Shown here in pieces: positions 25,701 through 26,144 of a stretch of DNA of 26,144 nt (position 1 is its first letter; each line of letters begins with the position of its first letter). The stretch covers positions 1 to 26,144 of the forward strand of contig JBFMGK010000072.1 in NCBI GenBank assembly GCA_040752575.1. The letters are read 5' to 3'. The DNA is from Candidatus Bipolaricaulota bacterium. Its GTDB lineage: Bacteria; Bipolaricaulota; Bipolaricaulia; UBA7950; UBA9294. The translations under genes and the position numbers were made by a program. The notes below the pieces were generated by a model. It saw only the letters and a list, made by a program, of their open reading frames with translations. It did no database searches and was not told the origin of the DNA.

Positions 25701-26144
25701 CCCCGAGAGCGTAGAAGCGCCGCCTCCCGAGGTCGGACAACGCGTAGACCTCGTCGTCGACGCGCAAGGAACTCGCCCCGCGCAGGGCGGCGAGAAACGA
25801 TGTCTCGACGGCACTGCCCAGGACAAAGGGATAAACGAGGACGGTTGACGTGCCGACGTTCGCAGCGTTGTAGCTTCGGATCGCGTCCTTCAGAGTCTCG
25901 CGTACGAGCGCATCGGGCGACGCGCGCAAGAGGAGCCACTGCTCGGATGTCCCGACCACCAGGAACTCCGCATCCCCAAGTTCCCGACCTTCGTGCTCCG
26001 CGATCGCCGGCCCAAGGTCGCTCACGCCGAACTCGGCGAGGGCCCTCGAGACCGTCTCGCCGGTCTCGACAACCATGCGGGCGTCGGCGAACTCGGGCAC
26101 GTAGAACGACCGTAGAGCCGCGTGCGCAAGCCCATCGAGGTGGC
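22774..26144 (-). CDS. 5'-truncated very large putative outer-membrane beta-barrel protein with SprA-like motif and inserted beta-propeller
   Basis: Frame is open to the window edge (>1100 aa). NVLPGSDRVTLDGRLLARDVDYVIDYEIG motif, propeller repeats (GLAGREVRA, GLPSASVRSL..LWIGTDGG, VYVGTDRGL, LYAATERGV), many alternating beta strands and a terminal Phe. Confidence 0.75.
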   Translation of the reverse strand, partial: HLDGLAHAALRSFYVPEFADARMVVETGETVSRALAEFGVSDLGPAIAEHEGRELGDAEFLVVGTSEQWLLLRASPDALVRETLKDAIRSYNAANVGTSTVLVYPFVLGSAVETSFLAALRGASSLRVDDEVYALSDLGRRRFYALGEEGLVRGETDVEVRRVGDAFVPLDDPSLSQYHVEVFESEGILRVDFPEAFFELVGAALRATFRYEVAGGVYSLGLNVLPGSDRVTLDGRLLARDVDYVIDYEIGVVSLIVEVPSTGVLVVEYERQSGGLGGAGGYARYFAGTTVLWPVSERLSMDLVLLSALDDAGSISNPEAAKTMPNRQVVAGILADLEMDELLAAFTVGVTDDRFPFDDNERRAVANEINALAVGEGLAIVGHDVGFSVLEEGEWRALTSSHGLAGREVRAAAVDRDVVILGTESGLTVVERVGVVPFDMVANWRRFGERDGLPSASVRSLLLVDGTLWIGTDGGVARVAVEDLADPAAWNVVTDPVVAPGLALASHAGGVYVGTDRGLVRVDGEGAVALDAALGVSALASDGRALYAATERGVQVFIDDQPAGWLSTEAAQAIAVLGGPAYGGTAGYVDPDGVRRHPEARVTAMTSDGENLWIAASIEEGALVLWKVGSQETSFTGEEMETVGWNPYRFEDVIPSEHSTRGWTARASFDHEADGLSLSGEMERTFPGFRGIDVLSRRDEAAWTLEGEAGLGESLRMSFAHAVALDELGSLNRHTTLENRVQLDASPGPRMSLVLVQRAEDDDAAAPGREREEFSYRFGLDHTLFGDALDIGMTWSEAFSWGAARGEDRSTSLGVSATLALGPDASSALAWSRPVRDRGGTRSGSDTLRWSSEAAWVGSTLRLSASYDLSAERALGGSFSQPTHAAEANASVGVLSLGSWKITPTLDLTGDFDAEGLSLGGRLSARTERGGLSGRTILSLDVTGLGERVDRWNERVSSTWTFTESTSFRPTLSYTGTRTVTRTAEEQEATMNHAWSLRVTWTGSDGTSDAFTASLRLQSKLLTAALDNTLSCDVSAWFGGAAADGSSAAPGPTGASLRLLTSGDLRRDDRGVDANWTVGAALDLRLSESWSLSFTSSYLGSLKDSGRAAHAATFDFTAAIDF

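Noticed and set aside
1..26144. CRISPR array, transposase, toxin-antitoxin or defence genes
   Set aside because: No regularly spaced direct repeats or matching protein motifs were seen; nearly all sequence is explained by the listed genes.

Overview
GC-rich bacterial chromosomal window, densely coding and mostly housekeeping. I saw no mobile element, CRISPR array or defence island. Plus strand: a MoxR AAA+ / DUF58 / VWA operon (partial first gene), tRNA-Pro(TGG)-dnaX-ybaB, a C4 zinc-ribbon protein, a TPM-domain protein, RNase P RNA, a Zn metallopeptidase, rpe and ribD. Minus strand: a long translation-centred operon (rplU, Prp-like gene, rpmA, obgE, nadD, infC, rpmI, rplT, folB, folK, RNase G/E), then tRNA-Val(CAC), a ~200-nt structured element and an HpnA-like epimerase. 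The window ends with metG, a divergent MoaD/SAMP-like gene and a partial giant outer-membrane beta-barrel protein with an SprA-like motif. Best leads: (1) both infC and the RNase G/E gene in one operon appear to start at AUC, which would put an RNase under IF3 control; (2) a Prp homologue lacking the catalytic motifs is kept beside an L27 with no cleavable extension; (3) an unexplained ~200-nt RNA structure covers the hpnA ribosome-binding site; (4) the RNase P RNA lacks helix P18; (5) the SprA-like barrel has an inserted beta-propeller. All family assignments come from motif recognition by eye, not database searches. A deep-branching diderm such as Bipolaricaulota is a guess only.
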